Shown one piece after another: positions 36,706-50,600 of a DNA stretch of 64,000 bases. The notes under the pieces are model-generated. The model was not told the origin of the DNA. It was given only the letters and a program-made list of their open reading frames with translations, and made no database searches. The position numbers were made by a program, and so were the translations under genes. Location: NCBI RefSeq assembly GCF_016432865.1, contig NC_067403.1:200074001-200138000 (forward strand). Direction: 5' to 3'. Each line of letters begins with the position of its first letter. Positions within the stretch are counted from its first letter, which is position 1. The DNA is from Antechinus flavipes. Lineage: Eukaryota.

Positions 36706-39700
36706 ATTCCCCTCCTTGTAATATAGAATTAATTTCTATTCAAAATCAGTTAACATCTATACATTGTTTATCAAGTTCACCATCAAGATCATCCCTCTCT
36801 AATACATTCTAGCCTTTTCTCTGAAGAATCATTTTAATAGCATCTTCTGTATGCAATATTTTGATAGGGACTGTTAAACTATTCTGGTTACTAATGTAAT
36901 TATACAGGGTAGACATAGTGGCAATAGGATAATACCACTGAGTGCAATAAGTTCATATCATAAAAATTGCTTCCACCAACTAGATTAGAAAGTTATCACA
37001 GAACAGATAGTCATTTGGCAGACACAAAAATACAAAGATAATGACAATCCAAGGAAACTGAGGCACAAGATTACACACTCTCCTCCTGAATATTTGAATT
37101 ATTGAATTACCTCCCCTAGATACCTGGGAGGTCTCAGCCCCATAATTTTGGCCAACACAATGTGAAGCAAATAAACTAGAAGATGCAAGGACTTATGGCA
37201 AAGGCAAGTCTCTTCCTGACAACCCCAGAATTATCAGTAGTGCAAAGGCCCTGATCTCAGCTAGAGAATCCAGTTTGAGATGGACAGTTCACTGTGTTAG
37301 GTGGTCTTCAATCATTTGTACATTAACTCAGCTTCTGCTTATATAGGGAGTAGCAGTACTCAAGACAACCATGCTGCCTATGCTAGGAGGGGCACCCCGA
37401 GTCTGTCAGGGATTCCAAAGGAGGGAAAGAGTGAGGCCTGTTCCTTCTGATAGAACAGGAGCTGCTCCTAGGATCCAGAAAGGATTTCTGAACAGAATAT
37501 GCAGTTAGACCATGAAGGCAGGCAAATCCCGAACTTTAGAGGCTTGATCTCAAAATTGCAATGTCCTTTGAGAATGCTGAAATAGTAATTAAGGAACTGG
37601 GGTTACAGGACTGGAGACTGCCAAGTTCCAAGGTGTATGATTTATCATTATTCCTAAAAGAAATAGTCCCCAAAACTGAGTCTGCCAGGGCAATTCCACC
37701 GAATAAGGGGTTTCAAAGCTGAAGCTTAGTTAAAACAAAAAAGAACTGCTTAAGGACTTCCAATTCAATCTGAACTGGTGAGATAGGGGGTGGGGCAGAA
37801 GTACCCGAGGCAAAGTGAACAGAAAACTTAGGGTTCCCATTCTTTTAGGTATTTTGAGAAAAATCCACCAGTTTCCTTAGTTCCCTATCTCTTCCTCTCC
37901 TTTTTTTCCTCATGGAAAGGAATCATCCAAAAAAAAGTAGTCAAATAACCAATCTCACATATAATTCATTCCAAGAATGAATTAAAGTTCCTATACATAA
38001 CAGATTAGTATAGGAAGAGTTTCCTAAAAAAAAAAAATCCCTCAATTACATATTCTGAAATGAACATAGATATTATAAACATATTACTTAACAGCAACAG
38101 TTACCAATTTTAACAATTTCCATCCTAAATCTTAAACACACAGTAATAGATGACCAAGTCAGGGTTTAACAGTCATTCATGAACCATTACCAAGTCTCCC
38201 ATATCAGTCCATCAGAGGCAGGGGTGATGGTCTTTCATTCAAAAACTGCTTCATGCTGATAAGGGGTGGAGAACTGGCTCTCAGTCTAAGGAGGGGGATG
38301 AGTATAGTGTGTTGACAATGATCAGTGGGTTGATCCAGGTCCCAAAAGCAGGTCAATACAGCTGTAATGTGACCAGAATCTGGAACAAAAAACCAAATCT
38401 AACAGATAAAGATTAGAACGGTCTGGAACTGCCACAAAATGTGGGGAGGCCAGTATAGATCGGCCAGCAGTTCCTATGTGAAGGAACAAGTTTGCTTCAT
38501 AGGACAGGCAGATGGCTATAGTCCCAATAAATAGCAGTTAGACCACTGTGCTAGTTGTCCTCTCATTATTTAGAAATCTTAAAAAAAAAAAAAAACAACT
38601 GAATATTCACAGATACAAATATCCAGTAACAGATAGATGATCAGGGTAAATACTCATTTGCCTAAGTATTTAGGATATAATGATTACATATAACCCAGAT
38701 TGGAAACAGCAAGGTATGATATAATTGAATTGCATTAACAGTTTCCATTGACCATTGCTCTGGTCATAAAAATCAGTCACAGGGGGACTTCTGGCCAAGA
38801 TGGTGGAGAGGAAATACACTCCTGTGTAACCTCCGTGTTTTTCTCTCACTATCCATTTCATTTCATGCCTCTGAATTAATGCTCGACTGAAAAAAAGCAT
38901 ACATTTACTTACCAAGAGAAACCATCCTTGAGACTCGTCAAGAAAGGTCTGTTTTTGCGCGAGGGCGGGGACGGTACTTAAATCGGAAGCAGTCTGCGGG
39001 CAGCAGCTGCAACCAGAGCACAGATAGCAGCTCAGAGCCCAGTAGAGCGGAGAGGGGGTGGGGTGTGATCGCAGCCGTCTCTGCGGGGAGAGCTTTGCTA
39101 CAGGATTAGATACTTTGCTCCGGCAGCAGAGAAGCTAAAAACACCGGGGGTGAAGAATACAGCCCCAAACAGCTGGAGTCTCTCGGGACCTGGCCACCCC
39201 TCCCCCCACAGTGTCTCAGCCCGCTCGGATCTCAGGGCGCAGGCGCCATAGCACAGTAGGACCCGTGCCTCACGAATACCCTCCCCCTCCCCCAAAGAAA
39301 GCAGCCTCCATTCAAGGGTTTTTTTCTTCTGTTTCTTTGATAGTTTGTCTTTGATTATTAGACAGAATGAGCAAGAAGCTGAAAAAGAATTTAACCCTTG
39401 ACAGCTTCTATACAGATAAAGAGCAGATTCCAAATCCTGAGGAGACTAAAAACAAACAGTCCTCAGGTGAATCCCCAAAGGAGGAGATCATATGTTCCTC
39501 AGCACAGATGAATCTCATGGAGGAAATTAAAAAGGCTCTCACAAGGGAGCTAGAAGAAAAATGGGAAAAGGAGAAGGAGGCTTGGCAAAAGAGCCTGGAG
39601 AAGTCAGTTAAAGAGAGAGTGGATAAAGAAACCAAATCCTTGAAAAATAGGATTGGTGAACTGGAAAACAAAATTGGAGAAATGGAAAAAAATTCCACAG

Positions 39701-42700
39701 AACAAAAGAACTCAATTGGACAATTAGAAAAAGATCTTAAAAATCAGTCACAGGAAGAAAAAAATTCAGAAACATAACTATAACATAACATAAGCAGTTA
39801 AAACTTAACTTTCAGCAAAGCAGGATAAAATAGCTTTAATTCATTTTTACTCCTGTTAATTGTCTCACTGTCAGAGGGTGTAAAACTCCCAAATACTATT
39901 AACTATAAGCCCAAGAGATTTTATCTCCAAAGTTTCAGATAAATCCCAAACAGTTATTTACCATGACCTTATATTGGTAACAGTAAGAAATTTATCCCAG
40001 AAAATTCACACAATTCTTACATACCTAACTAGATGTTGAATCTTGAATAAGTTGAATATTATACCAATCATTTTGCTTTTTAAATTCCCAATACACAGAA
40101 AAATCCCAAACTACATATTGTTTACAACAAAAACATTTTCAAAAGGACGAAGGCAAAAACTATTATTCATGGAGTCCCTTTCAGATAATTGGCATCAATA
40201 TGGTCAATTAAAACTTCCTATTTTCACATAAAAAAAATCTGAAAAGTTCTTGAAAACATCAATTAAACTTTTTGAAATAACCCTTTCAAACTATATATCA
40301 CATTTCTGATCCTATTCTTTAAACAAGAAAACCATTATGTGTCTAAAGAAACAAATGTTCAATCAAGTAACAGCTTGTAAGAGCTGCCTGTCCCTTTAAA
40401 TCACAGTTTGCTTTCTTCAGCCAAAAGCGGCTGCAACTTTCCACTGCTGCTCTGCTGCTCTTCCCCACTTCAAAAACAGATCCCGTCTCACAGCCATCTC
40501 TCTGTGACTACCCTTTCCAATCAGTTCCTTCTTTTTCCAATTGATTTCTTCTTGAAATCATTTGCTCCTACTAACCAATCCTTCTTAATAAATCACCTTC
40601 ATTCTCCTGTCCCATCTCTCTGTCTCTCTCCTCCTACTGCCTACTTGTTCAAACTTTCTCCAACATACTTTAAACACTCCCAAACCAATAACCCTTCTGA
40701 CTAAATGCTCCATTTAAACTATTAATTCCTTTTGTAATCAATCTTTCTTTCCTTTGTCTTTAAATACCTCTTTTTTTTAAAACTTTAAACTTTAAGATTC
40801 ACAATTAATTTTGAACCAAATTTCATAAAATTTATAGTTTACAAATTACCCAATACTTCTAGAAAGCAACATATCATTTAAGTAGGGAGATACAAACATG
40901 ATCTCCCCTAATGTAAGCTACTGGCATTTTGTTTAATAACCTATATTTCAATTTGAAGTCCAACCAAATAATAAAAAAAAGTTTTTCTCTTCAGTTGTAA
41001 AGGCCACAATATTCAAAGAGTTCTTAAGATTTTATACTCAGAATAAATCTAACATGTGCAAGGCAACAGTAAAATTATTTCGCCCAATTTCAAAATTATA
41101 GTACCTCTTTAAAATATAGCAAGTTCCCCAAACTCTTAATCAAATGTTGCAGAAAAACAATGACCAAGTTTGGTCTTCTTAAACTTTCTGTTTTCTAATT
41201 CCATGAAAGCAAACTTGCTAATAATGATTTTTCTTTCTTCTCCTGGGACAATTTTAGAAACATGCCACAGGTCCAACAGGTCGGAGAGCCCCCATGTTCA
41301 ACTATTTACCTCTCTTACTCTATTTTTATTCCTCCCTTCCAATAGCTGCAATTTCTTATTTCCAATCTTAATACACATACCAATTTAAAGTTATTTTAAA
41401 ATTAACCAGTACTCTAGCTTGTGAAATTTCCCAAAATCTACCTAGATATTCTATTCAAACTTTTTTTCTTTAGTAAGTCAGGAAAGAGTTAAACACCAAT
41501 CCTTGCTTTACCTTGAGTCCCTCCTCCACACCCCCGGCAGGATTCCACAAGCCTGAATTCTGATAATAGGGCCCCTTGTTTACAGGAGTAATAGCCACTG
41601 TTCTTCTACTTTCTCAAAACTTTCCAAACTTTCAATCTATGTTTTTATTTTTCCCCTTCTCTCCCCTTTCCTGCAAGAGGCAGAGGGAGAGAAAGAGAAA
41701 AAAAAAGATTTTCTTTTCTTGAGAAGCCCCAAACTAGTTCTCAAACTACCTTACTATGATCTAAGACCAATACATTCTGAGCCACTCTGAAAGAATTACT
41801 ACTCTGAATGAATTCCAATTCCCACAATTCAACCTGATATTTTTCTAAGCCTGTAACACAGGGGCTGAATTCTTATCTCTTACTAGCTTGCTAACTTTTA
41901 ACACAGAACAAAAACAATGCAAAGCAGACATACACACACAGACACATGCAGAACTCTATTTCTTGAATTCCCTAGCTAATGTCCTGATACAAATTCTTGG
42001 ACTGCTTCTATCCCATTTTACCATCTTGGACCTAACCCAGTTCAGCTGTTGGCAGAGGCCCTTCATTACCCTCAAGTCCAGAAGTCACCCAACAGCCTCC
42101 TCAGGAAAATCCTTTATCATTGGGGTCGACAGCAGTCCACACCAAAAACAAATTTAGGAGGGCTAAATGTCATCAGCTCAGATTAATTAAATATGTTTAT
42201 TTATTCAAGTAAATATGGACCTGCACATGTAATGCAGGTCATAGGGGAAACACAGATATAATGAAAATAAAATACAGAAAAAAGAATTCACATGTTCCTG
42301 TAAGTTCTTCACCTTATCTCTCTATTCCACACACAGTCTTTATTGAGTTTCATCACTGTTAATGGATCTGACTGGCAGGAGTTTTCTTCTAATTTATTGC
42401 TGCTTAAGCCATGTGGTAGTTATCAACAAGGCTTGAACTTGTCCCATCTGTTAAATAAATTTCTCTTTTTGTAGGGAGGAGCAAGATAGCTCCTAAAATT
42501 AAAATCGAACATAACCTATTCCAAAAATGGGTAGAAGTGTCTTAGTTTACAGCCAGATTTGCAATTTCAAGACACCAACTTATTTTTTAAATGATCAGAA
42601 CTTTAGTTTGTAAAATTCCCTTAGTATCTAATTGGATGCTCTAGTCTTTTGTTTCTTGGTTCACAAACCTCTTTTTTTCATAAGGTGAATGTTAATAATA

Positions 42701-44033
42701 GAGACAGGCAATTTTAAAGTTCCAGTTCTATTTTTTTCTCTAAAACTTCACTAGCAATCTATATAATCAGTGAGATGACTACCTCTAGGTATAAAGTAAA
42801 CCTTTCATTCTAGGGGTGGTGTGAAATGCTCTTGATTCCCTTAAAACAAATTCTAAATATTGACACAATTACTTGCTAGTATTTCAACAGTTGTAAAAAA
42901 CATACAAATCACAATATAGGTCTAAGGGGATAAGTCTCTTCCCAATCCTTTTTAAAATATCTTGTCCTACATTCCAGAATCTGGAAAGAATCTTTCTGAA
43001 AACAAGACGTTTGCATTAGTTAACAAGACATAAATTTGTTGGCAAAGTTTTTCCTTCTAAATTCCATGCATACAATTGAGAGACAAAAAGAACAAATTCT
43101 CAGGGACCCAATTATTAAAAGTTCCTTCTTCCCTTACTAGCTCTCTCTGGAGGCCATGCTATGTATCACATACCCACATGTACAATATACACACAGCCTA
43201 AGAAATAATTGCTCTTTTAAAATTACACCTGTCTTGTTTTTTTTAATATTTTGATCTGTCAATTATATCCCTTCACCTAGTTTTTTCTCTGCCTCTCTGA
43301 TTCAAGCAGTCAGGTAAGGGGGAGAGAAAGAAAAGCTTTTGTTCTTTATCCTGTGATACAGAGGATAATTGCCATTTTAAGGTCTCTCAAGAGTGTTGAA
43401 AGTTCTCATCTTTGCTTAAGCTATAAAATAACACAGTTGGCATATGGGCCTTACCCTTCACCCTGCCTTCCTCCCTTAAGCACATGAAGCCTATCAAGAC
43501 ACAAGCTAATGTATATTTTCTGGCTGTTTCCATACTTGTGCTGCTCAGACCACTCCTTCCACAGACAGCTGGTTGTGGGTTACCAGTTTAAGATTCCACT
43601 CCAGCTCTCATACTGCCTCTCAGTGATGAATCAGCATTACCCCTGCAGAAAGCCTCATTCCCAAGCCCATTTTTTTTAATACCCTGCCCATTATGCCAAA
43701 TATAATGGTGACTCATTCTCCCCTAATTATGCCAATTGTAGGGTGTTACATCATCTGAGTGAATACTGTGATACCAAAGAAGTCATACCAGCTTGGTAAT
43801 TAATTTTGTTAGGTTAATTGGGAAAGCTTACTGAACAGCAGCAAGACAAAATCATGGATCCTCACATCAGCCAGGTCAGGTAGCCTGATAGACTAAATAT
43901 CAATAAATGTCAAATACTGATAAATGTAATCAGCTCAGCTTAAGTAAATATGTAAGTAAATATAGCTGGCCAAGGCTCAAGTAAATATGGGCCTGCACAT
44001 ATTGTACAGGTCATAAATAGAACAATGAAGGCA
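36706..44033 (-). mobile_element. Degenerate ERV internal region with partial LTR copies (42164-42334, 43738-44033)
   Basis: AT-rich with no long ORFs; bounded by related LTR segments; PBS-like TGGCATAATGGGCAGGGT on the minus strand at 43681-43698. Confidence 0.5.
38784..39743 (+). mobile_element. L1 5' UTR plus first ~125 codons of ORF1, 3'-truncated, flanked by a 17-bp direct repeat
   Basis: Starts gggacttctggccaagatgg; CpG-rich UTR; ORF1 ATG 39367 (MSKKLKKNLTLDSFY, coiled coil); TAAAAATCAGTCACAGG at 38767-38783 and 39738-39754. Confidence 0.88.
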
Positions 44034-44311
44034 TAGTACCGGATATCCCAGGGTCATGGCATTTTTTTGATGGGGTAGGTGATGTGTCTTTTGCTGTTTA
44101 CATTTATTCAACATTTTTCTATGGAATCATAGGTCATATTCCCTCTCTGTTTACTGCTATACAGTTTTATCATTGAGAGTACAAACAATTTAATAGCTTT
44201 TGGGGCATAGTTCCAAATTACTTTCCAGAATGGTTAGACGAGCCCAACCCATCTTTTCTCTCAATCCTTTGATAGCTGCTTCAAAAAAAAACCTGACTCA
44301 ATGTGCAGGAT

Positions 44312-44819
44312 TGTTATGAGCCAGAACTTGAAACAAGGTGTTAACTCAATAGAATTGATAGTAACAATGCTTGTGTTTACATCTTTGAGAGTTCACACAT
44401 TGGCTCACACATTGGAGTTCACAAGTCAGGAGATATCCAAGCTTACACCTCCCACAATCCCACAGGAGGAGTCAACCTTTGGATTCACACCTTTAAGACA
44501 TCATACATAAGAAGCTCTCAGTCTCAGCAAGGGTCAGTTGGAGATTGAGAAGCCAGGAATTGGAGTTGAGCTAGAGGCAGAAGCTGAAAGAGCTAAAAGA
44601 CAAGATGCAAGAGCTCTTGGGACCAAGGAGGGAGATAGGCCTCTAAGAAAACTAACCAGGCTATTTTGGAAGAGACAATAAAAGACTGTACTTTAATCCC
44701 TGGCTGCATTTGAGGTGATTATTACTTTGAACTGAAACTAAGGCTGCCTCCAGAAAACCTCTCCAAGAAACCTGTTTGCAGAGAGAATGATCATATTTTA
44801 GGAAAAGAAGAACACTACA
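44312..44819 (+). mobile_element. Solo LTR
   Basis: TG...CA ends, internal AATAAA (~44676), near-identical 6-bp flanks CAGGAT (44306-44311) / TAGGAT (44820-44825). Confidence 0.75.
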
Positions 44820-46204
44820 TAGGATTCTTTTTGGGGGGAGGGGAGGGGGGAGGCGGTTTGGGCTCTTTACCATTACATATTCTAAAATGAAGTAGATATT
44901 TCACCAAATAGCCAGGATACTCCATTTCAATTTTAGGCACTAGTTACTTTTTGGGGAGAGCACAAATTCCTTTACTATATATTTGAAAAGTAAAATTACA
45001 ATCAAGACAAGCCAATAATTTTATTGCTCTGCTTTTGGCAGAAAGACTGAACACTTCAAATATCCAAGTAATTGGAGAGCTGGACTATCATTATTTTGTC
45101 ATCTTTGTCCTTTATTTGTCCTTGTTTCCCTTTTCTTTGGGGGCTGGGGGACAGGCTGTGGGAATCCAGGCAAGTAAGTGCACCAGTGTGGGCAATTCTC
45201 AATGTGGAAATTCCCTCTACCCAATCAGGTCAACAATTTGGCAATTTTATGACTTGTGGTCTTAAAAAAAAATTACTTGGGGCACCGAGAAGAGTAAGTG
45301 ACTCATGGTTATATAACTGGTATCTTCCAGAAGTAGAATTTGAACTCTTTAAAACCAGCACTCTACCTGTATATTGACATCTTCCACGAGAGTATTATTT
45401 GACATATTTAATTCTCCACCTGGACTCTCTTAGCTCAAGTGCTACTTGAGATGAGGTGATACAATTTGGTAGTGAAATATAGTTCTGGATATTGATTCAG
45501 AACACTTAATTTTGGATCATACCTCAGAGACCAGCTGTGTGACCCTGAATAAGGCATCTTTTCTATGCTTTAGTTTTCATTTCTATGAAAGGCTACCTTA
45601 CAAGGTTGTTGGGAGGATCAAATAAGAAAATACCTTTAAAGCATCTTACAAAGCTCAAAGTGCTATAAGAATGCTAGCCATTATTAGTTACAGAATAGCT
45701 TATCATCCTTTTTTCCCTCAAGAGAACTTAATAATTGAGTTGTCAACCAGGTGGCTCTCTACTTGAGCCACCAACCCAGTGAGCTTGTCCATCTCTGTTG
45801 CTTATGTGCAAGTCTTCTTAAAGGTTGCAGTATCCCTGCTTGCCACCAGATGGTGGTCAGCCTGCAAATGGCCAGGCTGGTTTTCCTACTGATCCAGCAA
45901 TGCTTGGCAGGCAGAACTAAGCGATTTGAACCATCCTCTACTAGCTGTATCTAAAAGCAGTCTGAGAAAAGAAATAACTGCATAAAGCAATTGGAAAACG
46001 ATAATATATAATTAGCTAATAACCTTTTCTTCACCTTTGCTACTCATCTGGGCATCCCCCTTTCTGATCAGACTCTTACGTACCTAGGATTTAGATAGCC
46101 TCTTCTGAACTCATAATTTATTGTACATAAATAGAAAGGAAACAAATGAAGCCTCTCTATATAAAAGCATTCATTTCTAGCCATTTCCTAATCTGCCTTA
46201 TCCT

Positions 46205-46564
46205 TGTTCAGTGTTATCAATATTTAGATTATTAAATGCTGTCAGCTCAGTAACCTGAAATTCCTCTCAGAATCAGGGAGACAAAACATTCTGTTCTAAT
46301 CTGCCTTTGACACCAATGGTTAACATTCAATTAGGGGAGAGGGCACATATTTCTCAATGCTCCCCAACCTATGATATAATCCTTTGTAACCAAACTTATA
46401 AAAACTGTATATCTTTCCTAAATCTTTAGCCCTTCTATTGTGAGCTTTCTCTTTCTCTTCTTGCAGTGGAATTGCTCATTCTCATGAGAATTTATTAATA
46501 AATAACTTTTCTGCTTTCTACTGAGTGATCTCTGAGTAGTCATTTTAGGTAAAGGTCTTCTACA
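46205..46564 (+). mobile_element. Solo LTR with TATA box and poly(A) signal
   Basis: TG...CA ends, TCCT flanks (46201-46204 / 46565-46568), TATAAAA 46397-46403, AATAAA 46497-46502. Confidence 0.65.
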
Positions 46565-47644
46565 TCCTTCACATTCCCATGAGGGAGTTTGCCCCTGTTG
46601 GGAATGAAAATCCACTATGATCTCCTTTGTTGAAGATTACACATAGTATGAAATCCAGAAAGCCTGTAAAAAGGTTCAAGGGGATTGCACTTTTAGGGGG
46701 CAGGTTGGTTCCTGAATCCCAGCCCCCAAAACTGTGAATCACAGCACACTAGAGAAGCTAAAGGAATGTTTTATTTATGCAGAATTAAGAAATTGCAAAT
46801 CAATCTTTACTGTTATTTTACTTTCTGAGCAGAACAAAGTTTTGGTTTTTACTATAGTCCAGCCCTCCAACAGTCTGAAGGACAGTGAACTGGTCCCCTA
46901 TTTAAAAAGTCTGAAGACCCCTGGTCTAAGAGAAAGTGTATGTAGAGAACAGTCTAATAGAAAAATCCTTAGCTGTTGCATTTCTTCTGTACCACATGAG
47001 AGAAGTAGCTGGGAAAGGACCATCCAATCCTGGCTGGCATTCCTCTGCTGATGTGGCCTTAATGTTTGTTTCTGTGCTGTTAAATCACAGTCATTCACAG
47101 TAATTTTGTCTTCTTTTGGGTTATGATTGAAGATAAAGCTAGCCCTTGGGTCTTGACTTAATTAGAATTAAAAAGTAATTTTGGCAATTTCTGAGCGTAA
47201 GGTTACCAAGAAGACGAAGCTGTAAATATTGTGGGTGTGGTGATATTAGCTCTGAGTGCATTACTTCTGGCTTAGCCTAGCACCCTATATACAATCTGCT
47301 TTGTGGACATTAGGAAAATGGAGTGGAAAATGCCTTGCCAGTCTCATCTTTCTATTCCATGCTGTCTTCTTATAAGCTTTCTGCCAAAGAGGGGCAGGTG
47401 TAATCCACTACCTTTCCATTTTGTGGTCAGATCAATTGATCTCAAATTTTGCTTTGATTAAAGTCCTAGGTATTTCATTCTTTTGCCAGACCACAAACTC
47501 CTCCCCTTCCATGTAAGGGAAAAATGGGTGTTTCAAATTTGTTAAGGTGGACACTGAACCTGAGATGGCAATGAATGTCTAATCTCAGCTCTTAAACGGT
47601 TTAGATCTCTACCCAGTTTCATAGAGCCACTGGCATTGCTGGAC

Positions 47645-50600
47645 ATGGAGACCTGGAATCTAGACAGTTACACTTCTTATGTCCTTCCTTTCCTCTCTCT
47701 CCTTCTGATTGTGCTATGGATGGTGTATAGAAATGGATCAAGCACCTGGACTCTCCAGAATTGCCCTGTAGATTTAACTGGGAAGACTGCTGTGGTTACT
47801 GGAGCTAACTCAGGTGAGAACTCCCTCTCACTGCCTGGGAATTCCATTCCTCTCATTTCTTCCCTTCCTGGACTTCCCATCCCTCTTCTAGAGAAAACAA
47901 TGTTTTTATTCCTTCCCACTGCAATACACACATACAGACACACACACGTCACATCGTGAGTATAAAATCACCCATTCCTCTTCCTTCCTAGAGTTTCCAT
48001 TCCTTCCATCCTTCTGTGTGCAAGTCCCTATTTCCCCTCTTTCCAAGGTCCTTATGTTTCTCACCATTGCCCTCCCCTTCTCCCCAGCAGTCCCCATAAC
48101 CCAAAATAGAATCTTTTTCTTTTCTTTCCCTCCTTCACTGGTTTGTCCATGGCGGGGAGGGGGGGGGGGGGGGGGAGGGGAGGGGGAGCATTTGTTAATT
48201 ATCTGATAAATTATCTGATATATGCAATTGTTGTTGTTCAGTATTTGTCTCGTCCACATTTGGGTCTCTCTTAGGCCCTTTTGGGATTTTCTTAGCAAAG
48301 ATAGTGTAGATGTTCTAGCTCATTTTATAGGTGAGGAGACTGAGGCAAACAGGATGAAGTGACAATTAGGATTATACAGTAAATACATCTGCTCTGAGGC
48401 CAGATTCGATTGAGTCTTTCTAACTCTCAGGTCTGTGAATCATTTTACTGATATATATACACAAACATATATGTACAGGTATACACACATTCTTTTTTTT
48501 TTTCACTGAAGTCAAATTTTCTTTTTGGTTAGGTTAAGTATTTTTTTTATTAAAGTTTTTTATTCTCAAAACATATGCATGGATAATTTTTCAACATTGA
48601 ACCTTGCAAAACCTTGTGTTCTAACATTTCCCTCTCTTCCTCCTACCTCCTTCCATAGATATATACACACATTCTTTAGAGAGATACAAAATAAAGTGGT
48701 ATTTGAGGTAAAATGGAAAAGACCAGAGACAATTTTATGGGAGGGGTATTGCTTAAGTTGAACTTTTAAGTTTAAGTTCAAAATGGGTAGAAGAAGGAAG
48801 GCTATTATACAAATAAAGTGAGCAAAGGTTTAAAACACAGGAGCGAGCAGGATGTATATAACAGTATATAACTGTGTCCTGTACTACAGTTATAGTCTAC
48901 CTATAGAAGGAAGAAAAGAAATAACATGAAATAAAACGGGAAAAATAGAGTAATGTTAAATTCTAAAGAGCCTTAAATACCATACTAGGTAATGGGAGGG
49001 GCACTGAAAATTTTGGGCAGTAGGGAACATGGATGAGATTGTTGTGTCTGCTTTTTTTTTTTCCAGGTAGATAGAGCATTTATTAAGCATTTACTACATG
49101 CCTCAAAGTTTGACTCAAGAATGAATGTTAATAGCAATTGTTTCTAATTTAGCCAGAAACTGAAGGTCTTTTCCACCCAGATTGATTTTTTTTGATAGGT
49201 AAAAGAGACCATTCTTTGTCTTAGTTCTTATGTAACCTTAATCACTGGTTAATTGGATGTAGCTTCAGAACTTTTCTCTTTTTTTATCTTAAATACAATA
49301 TATGTATACATATTTATACAGTTCACTTGTTCCACAAGAAAAATCATATTTAGAAAGGTAAAAATAACCTGGGAAGAAAAAACTGCAAGCCAACAACAAC
49401 AGAAAGAGTGTAAATGCTATGTTGTGGTCCACACTCATTTCCCAGTGTTCTTTCACTGGGTGTAGCTGGTTCTGTTCATCACTGATCAATTGGAATTGAA
49501 TTGGATCCTTTCCTTGCCAAAGATAGCCACTTCCATCAGAATTGATCCTCATATAGTATTGTTGTTGAAGTGTATAATGATCTCTTGGTTCTCCTCATTT
49601 CATTTAGCATCAATTCATGTAAGTCTTTGCAAGCCTCTCTGTATTCATCCTGCTGGTCATTTCTTCTTTTTTAAAATTATTATAGCTTTTTAATTTACAA
49701 GATATATGCATGAGTCATTTTTCAGCATTGACAATTGCAAAACCTTTTGTTCCAATTTTTCCCCTCCTTCCCCCACCCACTCCCCCAGATGGCAGGTTGA
49801 CCAATACATGTTAAATATGTTAAAATATAAGTTAAATACAATATATGTATACGTGTCCATACAGTTATTTTGCTGTACAAAAAGAATGGGACTTTAAAAT
49901 AGTGTACAATTAACCTGTGAAGAAAATCAAAAATGCAGGTGGACAAAAATAGAAAGATTGGGAATTCTATATAGTGGTTCATAGTGATCTCCCAGAGTTC
50001 TTTTACTGGGTATCTGCTGGTCATTTCTTATAGAACAATAATATTCCATAACATTCATATAGTATAATTTACTCAGCCATTCAGTTTCCAGTTTCTAGCC
50101 ATTACCCAAAGGGCTGCCACAAACATTTTTGCACATACAAGTCCCTTTCCCTTCTTTAATATCTCTTTGGGATATAAGCCCAGTAAAAACACTGCTAGAT
50201 CAAAGGGTATGCACAGTTTGATAACTTTTTGACTATAGTTCCAAATTGTTCTCCAGAATGGCTGGATCCATTCACAACTCGGAGTTGTGTCCCATCAGTG
50301 TCCCAGTTTTTCCACATTCCCTTTAAAGTTCATCATTATTTTTTCCTGTCATCTTAGCCAATCTGACAGGTGTGTAGTGGTATCTCAGAGTTGTCTTGAT
50401 TTGCATTTCTCTGATCAATAGTGATTTGGAACACCCTTTCATACGAATAGAAATAGTTTCAATTTCATCATCTGAAAATTGTCTGTTCATATCGTTTGGC
50501 CATTTATCAATTGGAGAATGACTTGATTTCTTATAAATTAGAGTCAATTCTCTATATATTTTAGAAATGAGGCCTTTATTTCTGTCTGCTTTTGAAGAAT

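Noticed and set aside
39098-39433. 111-aa antisense ORF in the L1 5' UTR (ORF0-like?)
   Set aside because: Starts at TTG; no similarity to primate ORF0 that I can recognise.
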